64,000 nt of DNA from Actinomycetes bacterium (GTDB lineage: Bacteria; Actinomycetota; Acidimicrobiia; Acidimicrobiales; Ilumatobacteraceae), in contig JANLPV010000110.1 of the NCBI GenBank assembly GCA_031367435.1, forward strand, positions 3,561 to 67,560, given 5' to 3'. The first letter of the stretch is position 1. Each line of letters opens with the position of its first letter. The translations under genes and the position numbers were made by a program. Under the pieces are notes generated by a model that worked only from the letters and a program-made list of their open reading frames with translations, was not told the DNA's origin and searched no databases. This document shows, one piece after another, positions 37,757 to 46,433 of this stretch.

Positions 37757-39241
37757 CCCGACCTCACGTAGCCCGACATCGCGCGGACTCGTGTCGCGCG
37801 AACTGGCATCGTCAGGCGAGGTTTCACCTGGGCGACGCATGAGCCATCGCAGCTTTTGCGCCTTTTCGAACGCGCTTTCATATGCGACCTGGCCAATACC
37901 CGTTGCATACGTGGGATAGATGTGTACGAGATTGCTGATATCGCTGATCTTCATCTCGTGATGGATCGCAAGCGCCAACTCGTGGATCATCTCACCCGCG
38001 CTCGGAGCGAGGATGTGCGCACCAACGATGCGGCCCTTGGTCGTCACCACCACGATTGCGCCGTTCGTTGAACTGTCGGTACGCGCTCGATCGTTGTGAG
38101 CGAGATCGAGTTGCCACACGTCGACGTCATCGCCGAAGGCGGCCTCGGCCTCGGTGATGGTGAGGCCCGCATGGGCGAGCTCGGGATCGGTGAACGTGCA
38201 CCACGGCATGAAGTCATCGACGTTGCCCTTGCCTGGGAAGAACATGTCGCGAATGGCTCGCACGCCTTCATACGCGGCGGAGTGTGTGAAATGTGATCGT
38301 CCAGCGACATCGCCCACTGCGTAGATCGATCGCACGTTGGTGCGGCCGCGGCCATCGACCACCACTCCAGACGGTCCGATCTCGATGCCGAGTTGCTCGA
38401 GCCCGAGCGCGTCGGCGTTCGCTCGCCGGCCCGTGGCGACGAGGATGCCCTCAGCAGAAAACGAATGCTCTTTGCCGTCGATGCTGGCGTGCACCGTGCG
38501 GATTGAACCATCGGTCGTCACCCGCAACGGCTCAGCCCCGAGGCGCACATCAACGCCTTCGGCGCGCAGCGTCGAGGTCAACATCTGCACGAGCGCGGGT
38601 TCGTCACGCGGCAAAATGCTGTGATCGCGCTGCAACATAGTGGTACCGATGCCGAGCCTCACAAAGGCCTGCGCCATCTCCACGCCCACCGGGCCGCCAC
38701 CGAGAATGATCATGGTGGCCGGGGGCGCCTCAAGATCGAATAGCTGGTCGCTGGTGAGGAACCCCGCATCGAGAAGGCCTTCGATCTCTGGAACTACCGG
38801 GGAGCTGCCGGTGCACAACATGATGAAGCTGCCCTCAAGTACGAGCGTGTGATCAGCGCTTGCAACCGTGACCTCGTTAGGTCCGGTGATCGTGCCATTG
38901 CCGCTCACAATCGTGATGCCCATGTTGCGATAGCGGCTTGGGTCGTCATCGGTGCGACCGATCTCGGCCTGCACTGATCGCACCCGACGCCACACCATCG
39001 CCAGATCGATCTGTGGCTCGACGCTGTGCAAACCGAACTCGTCGGCGTGACGGATGGTGTGCGCAGCCTTGGCCGAGGCGAGCAATGCCTTCGATGGTAC
39101 GCATCCGGCCCAGAGGCGGGTGCCGCCAACCCGACCGCGTTCGATGACGGCGACGTCGAGATCAAGCGTGGCTGCAAACTCGGCAGCTGCGATCCCACCT
39201 GATCCCATGCCGATGATGATCAGGTCGTAGTGCTCGGTCAT
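37604..39241 (-). CDS. flavoprotein disulfide reductase-family oxidoreductase lacking the CxxxxC pair (LpdA/quinone reductase-like)
   Basis: The FAD motif is YDLIIIGMGSGGIAAA. GGTRLWAGCVPSK has Arg where the first redox Cys normally sits, and the C-terminal HIYPTYA replaces the canonical HAHPTxxE. The ATG at 39241 overlaps the upstream stop (ATGA). Confidence 0.85.
   Translation of the reverse strand: MTEHYDLIIIGMGSGGIAAAEFAATLDLDVAVIERGRVGGTRLWAGCVPSKALLASAKAAHTIRHADEFGLHSVEPQIDLAMVWRRVRSVQAEIGRTDDDPSRYRNMGITIVSGNGTITGPNEVTVASADHTLVLEGSFIMLCTGSSPVVPEIEGLLDAGFLTSDQLFDLEAPPATMIILGGGPVGVEMAQAFVRLGIGTTMLQRDHSILPRDEPALVQMLTSTLRAEGVDVRLGAEPLRVTTDGSIRTVHASIDGKEHSFSAEGILVATGRRANADALGLEQLGIEIGPSGVVVDGRGRTNVRSIYAVGDVAGRSHFTHSAAYEGVRAIRDMFFPGKGNVDDFMPWCTFTDPELAHAGLTITEAEAAFGDDVDVWQLDLAHNDRARTDSSTNGAIVVVTTKGRIVGAHILAPSAGEMIHELALAIHHEMKISDISNLVHIYPTYATGIGQVAYESAFEKAQKLRWLMRRPGETSPDDASSRDTSPRDVGLREVGLREVGMRGVRRLLRVIEVFESVDVAQRRKDEDARTNDRDGGDATTDNGNG
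37742..37786. repeat. 15-bp tandem duplication CCCGACCTCACGTAG x2 plus a degenerate third copy, containing the MFS stop codon
   Basis: Read directly. The first copy ends with the MFS TAG (37754-37756), and the second copy repeats PDLT-stop. Confidence 0.85.
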
Positions 39242-40176
39242 CTCGAGCCGTTGTGACGAAAGACGAGCCACGCGACCAACGGGATCACGATCCAAGCGAG
39301 AAAGGTGAGCACGATTGCATACAACGCGAAGTTGAAGCTCGCGTCACGCGGTGGATTTCCTGCAGCGCCGATCGTCTCCCACAATGCCTTCATTGGTTGA
39401 TCGGTGCAGAGACGGATCCTCCTTCGTGACACGGCCGCGCCGTAGAGAGCCGCCCAAGCAATCGCGGCGAGAACGAGCACGAGCACCGCACCGAAGATCA
39501 CTGTCGCTGGCCCTGATTTGATCGCGCTTCGGAGCAGGTTCTGGATCGCAGAAAGGATTGTTGTGAGAAAGGCCCCACCCAAGAGAAACGTCGGTAGACC
39601 AAGCGTTTGACCCTTGAAGCCCTGCTCTACCTGAATTGCGTTGATGCGCGCACGTCTGAGCATGTGGTGTTCGTCCGAGCCCCACACTGAGTTCGCTTCG
39701 CGCCGTTCGTACAACTTGCGAATTCGGGTGATGAGCGTGTTCTGATGACCTCTCACGATCCATTGTGTGATGAGTCCAACCATCCACGATGCCACCGGTT
39801 TGAGCGGTCCAATGCGTGGCAGCGTTGCCGCTCGGGCGCCATTGCGATCGAGTACTTCGATCGAGCGCATCGCCATTCGATGCGCCTCTTCGAATCGATC
39901 GGGGCGCCACAAGGGGAGTGTCTTCGACAACTCGTTGACGATGTCCTGCTCGACCTTGCCGCGACCTCCAATCTCTTCAAGCAGCTGCCCCTTCTCCTCG
40001 GGTGTGTTCGCGCGGAGCACGCGCAACGCATCGATTCGGTCGAGGATGAGTTCGTCAAGTACCTTGCCGCCCACTTCGGCGACTTGGCGCGGCAGCCTGT
40101 GGTCGACTCGAGACGAGGCCGTACCGGACGAGTCTTGGGAGTCCGGCTCGTTCTCATTCGACGGCGTTGCGCTCAC
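39238..40176 (-). CDS. hypothetical membrane protein
   Basis: A soluble charged N-terminal half is followed by 3-4 TM segments. It is translationally coupled to the flavoprotein gene. The start is uncertain; I chose the GTG at 40176. Confidence 0.55.
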   Translation of the reverse strand: MSATPSNENEPDSQDSSGTASSRVDHRLPRQVAEVGGKVLDELILDRIDALRVLRANTPEEKGQLLEEIGGRGKVEQDIVNELSKTLPLWRPDRFEEAHRMAMRSIEVLDRNGARAATLPRIGPLKPVASWMVGLITQWIVRGHQNTLITRIRKLYERREANSVWGSDEHHMLRRARINAIQVEQGFKGQTLGLPTFLLGGAFLTTILSAIQNLLRSAIKSGPATVIFGAVLVLVLAAIAWAALYGAAVSRRRIRLCTDQPMKALWETIGAAGNPPRDASFNFALYAIVLTFLAWIVIPLVAWLVFRHNGSR

Positions 40177-40237
40177 ACCAACACGGTAGTTGTGCTTCTC
40201 GCTGGCCGTGTGCACTGCGGCAGGGCAGACTGGGGTC

Positions 40238-42226
40238 ATGCGCAAAGTGCTCACTACGGCCTGCCCGCTCGACTGCCCGGACACATGCTCGTTGGCAGTG
40301 ACTGTCGACGACGGACGCATCGTTGCGATCGGTGCCGACACGAGCGACACGGCCAGCCGGTTCACGCAGGGCTTCATCTGTCAGAAGGTGAAGCACCACG
40401 CAAAGCGCGTCTACGCGCCCGAGCGCGTGCTTACGCCACTGATACGCAACGGACCAAAAGGTTCCGGCGAGTTCGCCGCCGCCTCGTGGCCAGACGTCGA
40501 GCAACTCATTGCAACGCGAATCCGTGGCGCAATTCGTGAACACGGAGCGAACAGCGTCGTGCCGTATCTGTACAGCTCGTCGGGTGGCGTCTTTGCCAAC
40601 TCGGCGCTCGGTCCAATGTTGTTCGAACGACTTGGTTGCCCCGATGTAGAACACACCATCTGTGCGTCAACCGTTGGTGCAGCGTGGTCGCAGGTTTTCG
40701 GAACGATGCTCGGTGCCGATCCATTCGACCTCGAACATTCCGAACTGATCGTGGTGTGGGGCGCGAATCCAATCGCGTCCAATACCCATCTGTTGCCGTT
40801 GCTCACAGCAGCGACCAAGCGTGGCGCGAAATTGGTTGTGATTGATCCACGCAAGACGGCGGTTGGTTCTCGAGCCGACCTTCACCTCGCGATCAGACCC
40901 GGAACCGACGTCGTGCTCGCGTACGCCGCCGCGCGTTGGTTGAGCGAACACAACCAACTTGCCACTGACTTCATCGCCGCGAACACTCAGGGCGCCGATG
41001 CATTTCTTGCAGAGGCAGAGCAGTGGACAATCGAGCGCGCGTCCCAAACATGCGGTGTGGCCGCAGCCGATATCGAATCGTTCGCGTCGATGATCGCAAC
41101 TCAGCGGCCTGCCATGATGCGTCTCGGGTACGGCCTCGAGCGCAATCGCAACGGTGGCGCCGGGTGTGTCGCTGCTGTTGGCCTGTGGCTGCTGGCCGGG
41201 CACTTCGGTCGGCTTGGCAGCGGGGTGATTGCATCCACATCGTCTGGTGCACCGTTGTCGCCGAAGGGGCTGTGGCCCGAGAACGTTGATCGCGTCGCTC
41301 AGGCGCAGATGAGCATGAACGACGTTGGTCTCGCACTCAACGGAGAGCTTGCCGAGTGGCCCCTGACCCGCGTGCTATTTGTGCAAGGTGCCAATCCAGC
41401 GGTGACCGCCATGGATCAGACAACGATGCTGCGCGGTCTCGCACGCGACGACCTGTTCACCGTCGTGCACGAGCAGGTGATGACCGACACGGCAATGTTT
41501 GCCGATGTCGTGCTGCCCGCCACAACACACTTCGAGGTCAGCGATATCGCCAATTCGTATGGCTCGTACTCGATGCAGGCCATTACGCCGGTGATCGAAC
41601 GTGTCGGTGAGAGTCGTTCAAACGATGAGGTATGCGCCGCTCTTGCGGCTTCGCTCGGCCTTCCACCAGAGGACTTCGATCCGAACCCGGCGCGCCTTGG
41701 TGCACTCATGCGCACCGATGCAAACAGCGCGCCGCTCACGACTCGGCGGGCCCCCAACGAAACAGTTCAGTTCGTCCACACAGTGCCCACGTTCGCCGAC
41801 GGTTCGGGTCGCGCGCGCCTCACCGACCCGACGAGTGAGATGCCGGTTCCGCGGTTCACCGCCGCGTTGGGGTCTGGGTCAGGGCTCACCTTGCTCACCC
41901 CCGCAACGAATCGCACGATCAACTCGATGTTCGCCGAATTCGCCCCACCCGACGTCGTCGTGTCGATAAGTCCGGCCGATGCCAACGCGCGCGAGCTGAC
42001 CACCGGCGAGGAGGTGCGTGTGTTCAACGAGCTTGGCGCACTGACGCTGCCCGTGTTGGTCGACGCGACGATGCGAACCGGTGTTGTGTCGATTCCAAAG
42101 GGACTCTGGCGTCGTCATTTCAGTAACGCGTGTACTGCTAATGTCCTCATACCGCGCGGCGTCAATGACCTCGGCGCGGGTGCGTGTTTCAACGACGCAA
42201 TCGTTGAGATCGAAAAGATCTCATGA
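40238..42226 (+). CDS. molybdopterin-dependent oxidoreductase (MopB family, N-terminal 4Fe-4S motif)
   Basis: The N-terminus has CPLDCPDTCSL. The body is MopB-like (VVWGANP) and the C-terminus has a molydopterin-dinucleotide-binding-like barrel. Confidence 0.85.
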   Translation: MRKVLTTACPLDCPDTCSLAVTVDDGRIVAIGADTSDTASRFTQGFICQKVKHHAKRVYAPERVLTPLIRNGPKGSGEFAAASWPDVEQLIATRIRGAIREHGANSVVPYLYSSSGGVFANSALGPMLFERLGCPDVEHTICASTVGAAWSQVFGTMLGADPFDLEHSELIVVWGANPIASNTHLLPLLTAATKRGAKLVVIDPRKTAVGSRADLHLAIRPGTDVVLAYAAARWLSEHNQLATDFIAANTQGADAFLAEAEQWTIERASQTCGVAAADIESFASMIATQRPAMMRLGYGLERNRNGGAGCVAAVGLWLLAGHFGRLGSGVIASTSSGAPLSPKGLWPENVDRVAQAQMSMNDVGLALNGELAEWPLTRVLFVQGANPAVTAMDQTTMLRGLARDDLFTVVHEQVMTDTAMFADVVLPATTHFEVSDIANSYGSYSMQAITPVIERVGESRSNDEVCAALAASLGLPPEDFDPNPARLGALMRTDANSAPLTTRRAPNETVQFVHTVPTFADGSGRARLTDPTSEMPVPRFTAALGSGSGLTLLTPATNRTINSMFAEFAPPDVVVSISPADANARELTTGEEVRVFNELGALTLPVLVDATMRTGVVSIPKGLWRRHFSNACTANVLIPRGVNDLGAGACFNDAIVEIEKIS

Positions 42227-42300
42227 CGCGTCGATAGCTAACCCGCTCGAACACTTCCCGCTACATCAATCCACTACATCAATGAACCAGGAGTCAACGA

Positions 42301-42732
42301 ATGAATGAGAACGCGCCCCAGAAAAAGGGGCTCATCCAGGAGTTCAAGGAGTTCATTGCGACCGGTGACCTCATGACAGTTGCCGTCGCGTTCATCATGG
42401 GTTTGGCGATCAAGGCCGTCATCGATTCGTTCGTGAAGGATATTTTCACGGGAGCGGTCGGCCTGTTCATTAAATGCACCGACATCATCGATCCGGCCAC
42501 GCAGAAGCCGAGCGGCAAGCAGGACTGCTCCGGGCTCGCCGGTAAGGCATACAAGTCGTTGCAGTGGGGTAACTTCGCGAACCAGGTCTTTACCTTCCTT
42601 CTGACGGCGATCGTCGTCTTCATCTTGGTGAAGGTGTATACGAAGGTGACTCGGCGCAGCTTGGCGCAGGACGGACCCTCTGACAACGACCTGCTCAAGG
42701 GCATTCTCGACGAGTTGAAGTCGAAGAATTAA
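42301..42732 (+). CDS. mscL: large-conductance mechanosensitive channel
   Basis: The N-terminus is GLIQEFKEFIATGDLMTVAVAFIMGLAI. An AGGAG SD lies 8 nt upstream. Confidence 0.9.
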   Translation: MNENAPQKKGLIQEFKEFIATGDLMTVAVAFIMGLAIKAVIDSFVKDIFTGAVGLFIKCTDIIDPATQKPSGKQDCSGLAGKAYKSLQWGNFANQVFTFLLTAIVVFILVKVYTKVTRRSLAQDGPSDNDLLKGILDELKSKN

Positions 42733-42812
42733 GCACCTCGTTGCCGGGTTGCGATCACGGGTGTGAGCCGGGGCGACTTGCTTCTTTGGTGCGCGCTCGC
42801 TCCAATAGAGCC

Positions 42813-43844
42813 ATGACGGCTGACAGAAATCGGGTACTTCTTTGCGTCAGCGCGGCTGTCGTCGTCGCCGTATCGGGCCTCGCCGCATGCACGAGCCGTT
42901 CGCTCACGGGTACCAACGCGGCCACGCCGCTCACCGTCAGCGGAGTTGGCGCAATGCCTGGCTCCACCTTCGCCGAGCCTTCGGCGAGCGCGGTGGTCAC
43001 GGTCTCGTTGCCACACGCGAACGCAGGTCCCATTGGTGAGCGTGTCACGGGCAATCGGGTGATCATCATCGGTGACTCCGTGATGACCTCGATCTCCCGG
43101 CGCTACGGAAATCAGGCGTGCACCGCGCTCGTGCCACTTGGTTGGCAGGTGGAGGTCGACGCAGAGACTGGGCGATTCATTCCGTTTGGATTGAAGGTGC
43201 TCGACAAACGATTGTCCGCTGGATGGGATGCAGCGGTCATCTTGTTGGGCAACAACTACCTCAACGACAAGACGTCATTTCAGAAGCAGTTGCACATGAT
43301 GCTGACGCGTTTGTCGCCGCGTCCGACGGTGCTACTCACCACCAGCATGTTCCGCTCAAAGCAGGCCGAGGTCAACAAAGCAATCATCGCTGAAGCCGGT
43401 CTGTTCCCCAATGTGAGCGTCGTTGATTGGGCGATCATCACCGAAGACACCAGCCTCACCGGTGCCGACGGCTTGCATCTCACCGACCGGGGTCGCGTGT
43501 TCTTGGCTGGGGGTATCGGGACGGCGCTCGGACACGTTGCCGGAACGGGTAAGTGCCTCAAGACCAACTTCAGTGACGATTCGATGGGCAGCCCAACTGG
43601 CACCAACGGCTCCACCGGTACCGTTGCCAAACCATCCAGCAGCGACACGACAACGACGACGAAGCCAACGTCTGGCGCAACCACAACCACGGTGCCGATT
43701 TCATCAACGACCATTGCGCCAAAGGTGAGTCCCCCACCAGTGACGTCCACAACCACACCAACCACCACTGGTTCCAAGCCAACGACGCCTCCGCCGCCGA
43801 CAGCGACGACGCCGCCGACAGCGGTCCCTACCCCGGTTGGCTAA
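42813..43844 (+). CDS. secreted SGNH/GDSL-like hydrolase lipoprotein with Thr/Pro-rich C-terminal tail
   Basis: There is a lipobox-like signal (VSGLAAC), a block I-like GDSV (VIIIGDSVMTS) and DGLHLT near the catalytic His. The C-terminal ~90 aa are low complexity (T/P). Confidence 0.7.
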   Translation: MTADRNRVLLCVSAAVVVAVSGLAACTSRSLTGTNAATPLTVSGVGAMPGSTFAEPSASAVVTVSLPHANAGPIGERVTGNRVIIIGDSVMTSISRRYGNQACTALVPLGWQVEVDAETGRFIPFGLKVLDKRLSAGWDAAVILLGNNYLNDKTSFQKQLHMMLTRLSPRPTVLLTTSMFRSKQAEVNKAIIAEAGLFPNVSVVDWAIITEDTSLTGADGLHLTDRGRVFLAGGIGTALGHVAGTGKCLKTNFSDDSMGSPTGTNGSTGTVAKPSSSDTTTTTKPTSGATTTTVPISSTTIAPKVSPPPVTSTTTPTTTGSKPTTPPPPTATTPPTAVPTPVG

Positions 43845-43905
43845 GACTGGTTGGTTAGTTCCTTGTCGGCTAGTTTCCGGCCGGCTAGGTCCGGACCGCG
43901 CGCCC

Positions 43906-44388
43906 TTACGGAGCGAGGACAGCGAATGTGTCGGTGTTGCGCAACACCGCGAACACGATCAGTGCACTACCTGCCGCGATCGGCATCCACAGTGGCAGCT
44001 TGATCAGCCACGCGATCGGTGCACGGTCGCGAGCTCTACGCATCCACGCCCACCAGCCCACCACGAAGCCCCCGAGGAAGAGCGGGAAGAACAGATTGAA
44101 CCCGAATGCGGCGGCGACGTCGCCCCGCAGCAATGCGTGTGTGGCGCGGGTGAGCCCGCATCCGGGGCACCACAAACCTGTCATCAGATAGAACGGGCAC
44201 GCCGGTAGATGCGTGCCGGACGCAGTCGGATCGTTGACGGCGACGTACACGGCAGCAGCGACAGCCGCACAACCACATGCGATTGGTGCGACGAGCGCCC
44301 GCCGCGAGAACGAGCCAATGCCATCCGTTGGCGAGGCGACAACGAGCGGGGCCGTCGCCTGACTTGTCCCGATGTGCATGTGACGCAT
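43906..44388 (-). CDS. DUF2752 family membrane protein
   Basis: It carries CPFYLMTGLWCPGCGLTRA, the hallmark of DUF2752. I chose the ATG at 44388. Confidence 0.7.
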   Translation of the reverse strand: MRHMHIGTSQATAPLVVASPTDGIGSFSRRALVAPIACGCAAVAAAVYVAVNDPTASGTHLPACPFYLMTGLWCPGCGLTRATHALLRGDVAAAFGFNLFFPLFLGGFVVGWWAWMRRARDRAPIAWLIKLPLWMPIAAGSALIVFAVLRNTDTFAVLAP

Positions 44389-44448
44389 ATTAGGCAGCAA
44401 TGGTCGCGTGCGGTTGCGGTTCGGGGGAGGTGGTGCCACCCTTGACGG

Positions 44449-46068
44449 ATGCTTCAAGTGCAGGGTGTATCGGTAGAGATTGGCGGTCGACTCGTTGTCG
44501 ATCAAGCCTCTTTCACGATCATGCCCCGCGACAAGGTGGGCCTCGTCGGTCGTAACGGCGCTGGCAAGACCACGTTCTTTCGCGTGCTCGGTGGCGAGAC
44601 CGAACCCATCGCGGGCAAAATCCTGCGCAAGGGGGGCTTCGGATATCTGCCGCAAGATCCGCGCATCGCTGGCGTGCTCGATGGTCGTACGGCAATCACG
44701 CACGTGTTGTCGGGCCGAGGTATCGACGATCAGATCAACCGCATCGAGAAGCTGCGTATCGCGATGGAAGAAGAAACGAGCGATCGCAATGTCGCCCGAT
44801 ACAGCCGCGCGCAAGATGAATTTGCGACCTCCGGCGGATACGCGGCCGACAGCGAGGCGCGCTCGATCGCGGCGGGTCTTGGGTTGCAGGCCGATCGCCT
44901 CGATCTACCGCTCGGTGTTTTGTCCGGTGGCGAACGTCGCCGCGTAGAACTCTCGCGGATTCTGTTCGCCGGCAGTGATGCGCTGTTGCTTGACGAACCA
45001 ACGAACCACCTCGACATCGATGCCAAGAACTGGCTGCTCGATTTCTTACGCAAGTACCGCGGCGCGATGTTGGTGATCAGTCACGACCTCGACCTGCTCG
45101 ACGAAGCAATTACGCGCGTGTTGCATCTCGACCGTCCCGCCGAAGATGCCACCGGCCACCTCGTGGAGTACCGCGGCACGTATAGCCAATATCGTGCGGC
45201 CCGCGCCGCCGACGAAGAACGAACGGCGCGCCAGGCCGTCTTGCAGGGCAAAGAGATCGCGCGTCTGCAATCAGTCGTCGATCGTTTCGGTGCCAAGGCA
45301 ACGAAGGCCGCGATGGCGCACAGCAAGGAAAAGCAAATTGCCCGTCTCGAGTCACAGCGCGTGCACGTTGGCGCTGGCGACAAACAGATCAAGGTGCGGT
45401 TCCCCGATCCACCACCGTCGGGTGCCACCGTCATCACGGCAACTCAATTGTCGAAAGGGTACGGCACCGGCGTGCCGGTGTTCGAAGATGTCTCGTTCGA
45501 TATCGGTCGTGGCGAACGTCTGTTAGTTCTCGGTCTCAACGGTGCAGGCAAGACGAGCCTGCTGCGAATTTTGGCCGGCGAGACCGACGCCACCATTGGC
45601 GACTTCAAGTTCGGCCACAGCGTCAATGTTGGGTATTACGCGCAAGAACACGACAACTTGCGGATCAACGAGTCGCTGCTGAACAACATCCGTTCTGAGG
45701 TGCCCTCAAACGTGATGCTCACCGAAACGCAACTGCGCGGCATGCTTGGCATGTTCGGTCTCATGGGCGAGAAGGTGTTCCAGGACAGCGGCACGCTGAG
45801 CGGCGGCGAGAAGACCAAGTTGGCTCTCGCGATGTTGATGGTTGGTCGCAACAACCTGCTGTTGCTCGACGAACCCACCAACAACCTCGACCCGCCGAGC
45901 CGGCAGGCAGTTGCCGACGCACTCAGCAACTGGAAGGGCACGATCGTCTTCGTGAGCCACGATGCCGAGTTCGTCGAGCAGCTCAAGCCCACCAAGGTAC
46001 TGCTCATGCCCGATGGGCAAGTCGACTACTTCAGTCCCGACTGGCTCGAGTTGGTCAGCCTGGCCTAA
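44449..46068 (+). CDS. ABC-F family ATPase (two ABC cassettes, no TM domain)
   Basis: There are two Walker A motifs (GRNGAGKTT and GLNGAGKTS), two signature motifs (LSGGERRR and LSGGEKTK) and an inter-domain linker. Confidence 0.92.
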   Translation: MLQVQGVSVEIGGRLVVDQASFTIMPRDKVGLVGRNGAGKTTFFRVLGGETEPIAGKILRKGGFGYLPQDPRIAGVLDGRTAITHVLSGRGIDDQINRIEKLRIAMEEETSDRNVARYSRAQDEFATSGGYAADSEARSIAAGLGLQADRLDLPLGVLSGGERRRVELSRILFAGSDALLLDEPTNHLDIDAKNWLLDFLRKYRGAMLVISHDLDLLDEAITRVLHLDRPAEDATGHLVEYRGTYSQYRAARAADEERTARQAVLQGKEIARLQSVVDRFGAKATKAAMAHSKEKQIARLESQRVHVGAGDKQIKVRFPDPPPSGATVITATQLSKGYGTGVPVFEDVSFDIGRGERLLVLGLNGAGKTSLLRILAGETDATIGDFKFGHSVNVGYYAQEHDNLRINESLLNNIRSEVPSNVMLTETQLRGMLGMFGLMGEKVFQDSGTLSGGEKTKLALAMLMVGRNNLLLLDEPTNNLDPPSRQAVADALSNWKGTIVFVSHDAEFVEQLKPTKVLLMPDGQVDYFSPDWLELVSLA

Positions 46069-46415
46069 AGCAGCGTCACCAGCCCGGCGACTGCAAGCCC
46101 CGTGCCGGCGAGACCGAGTAAGCGCCTCCACGGGTTCACACCGCGAATGAGTTCGTCGAGCGCCCACCACCCGAGTGCGACGACGCCACACCAGTCGACA
46201 GCTGTGCGAAACGTGCTGCCGTCGGAGGCGAAGCGCTTCAGTACCACCGCCGCGAGATAGATCCACAGCGCAAGGTTCGGGAACTGCGCAATCGTGATCT
46301 CGCCCGTCGCACGATTGCGGAACAACCAGTCGATTACCAACGAGATGCGCCGGCCGCGTCGCGTGTGTTGCCTGGGCGGCTGGTGTTGTCCGGTCGGTCG
46401 CGATTGGTCATCCAC
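46065..46415 (-). CDS. hypothetical membrane protein
   Basis: The 116-aa ORF has three hydrophobic segments and a GTG start. It overlaps the ABC-F stop convergently by 4 nt. Confidence 0.4.
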   Translation of the reverse strand: MDDQSRPTGQHQPPRQHTRRGRRISLVIDWLFRNRATGEITIAQFPNLALWIYLAAVVLKRFASDGSTFRTAVDWCGVVALGWWALDELIRGVNPWRRLLGLAGTGLAVAGLVTLL

Positions 46416-46433
46416 GCCGAGCAGTGTGCCCGA

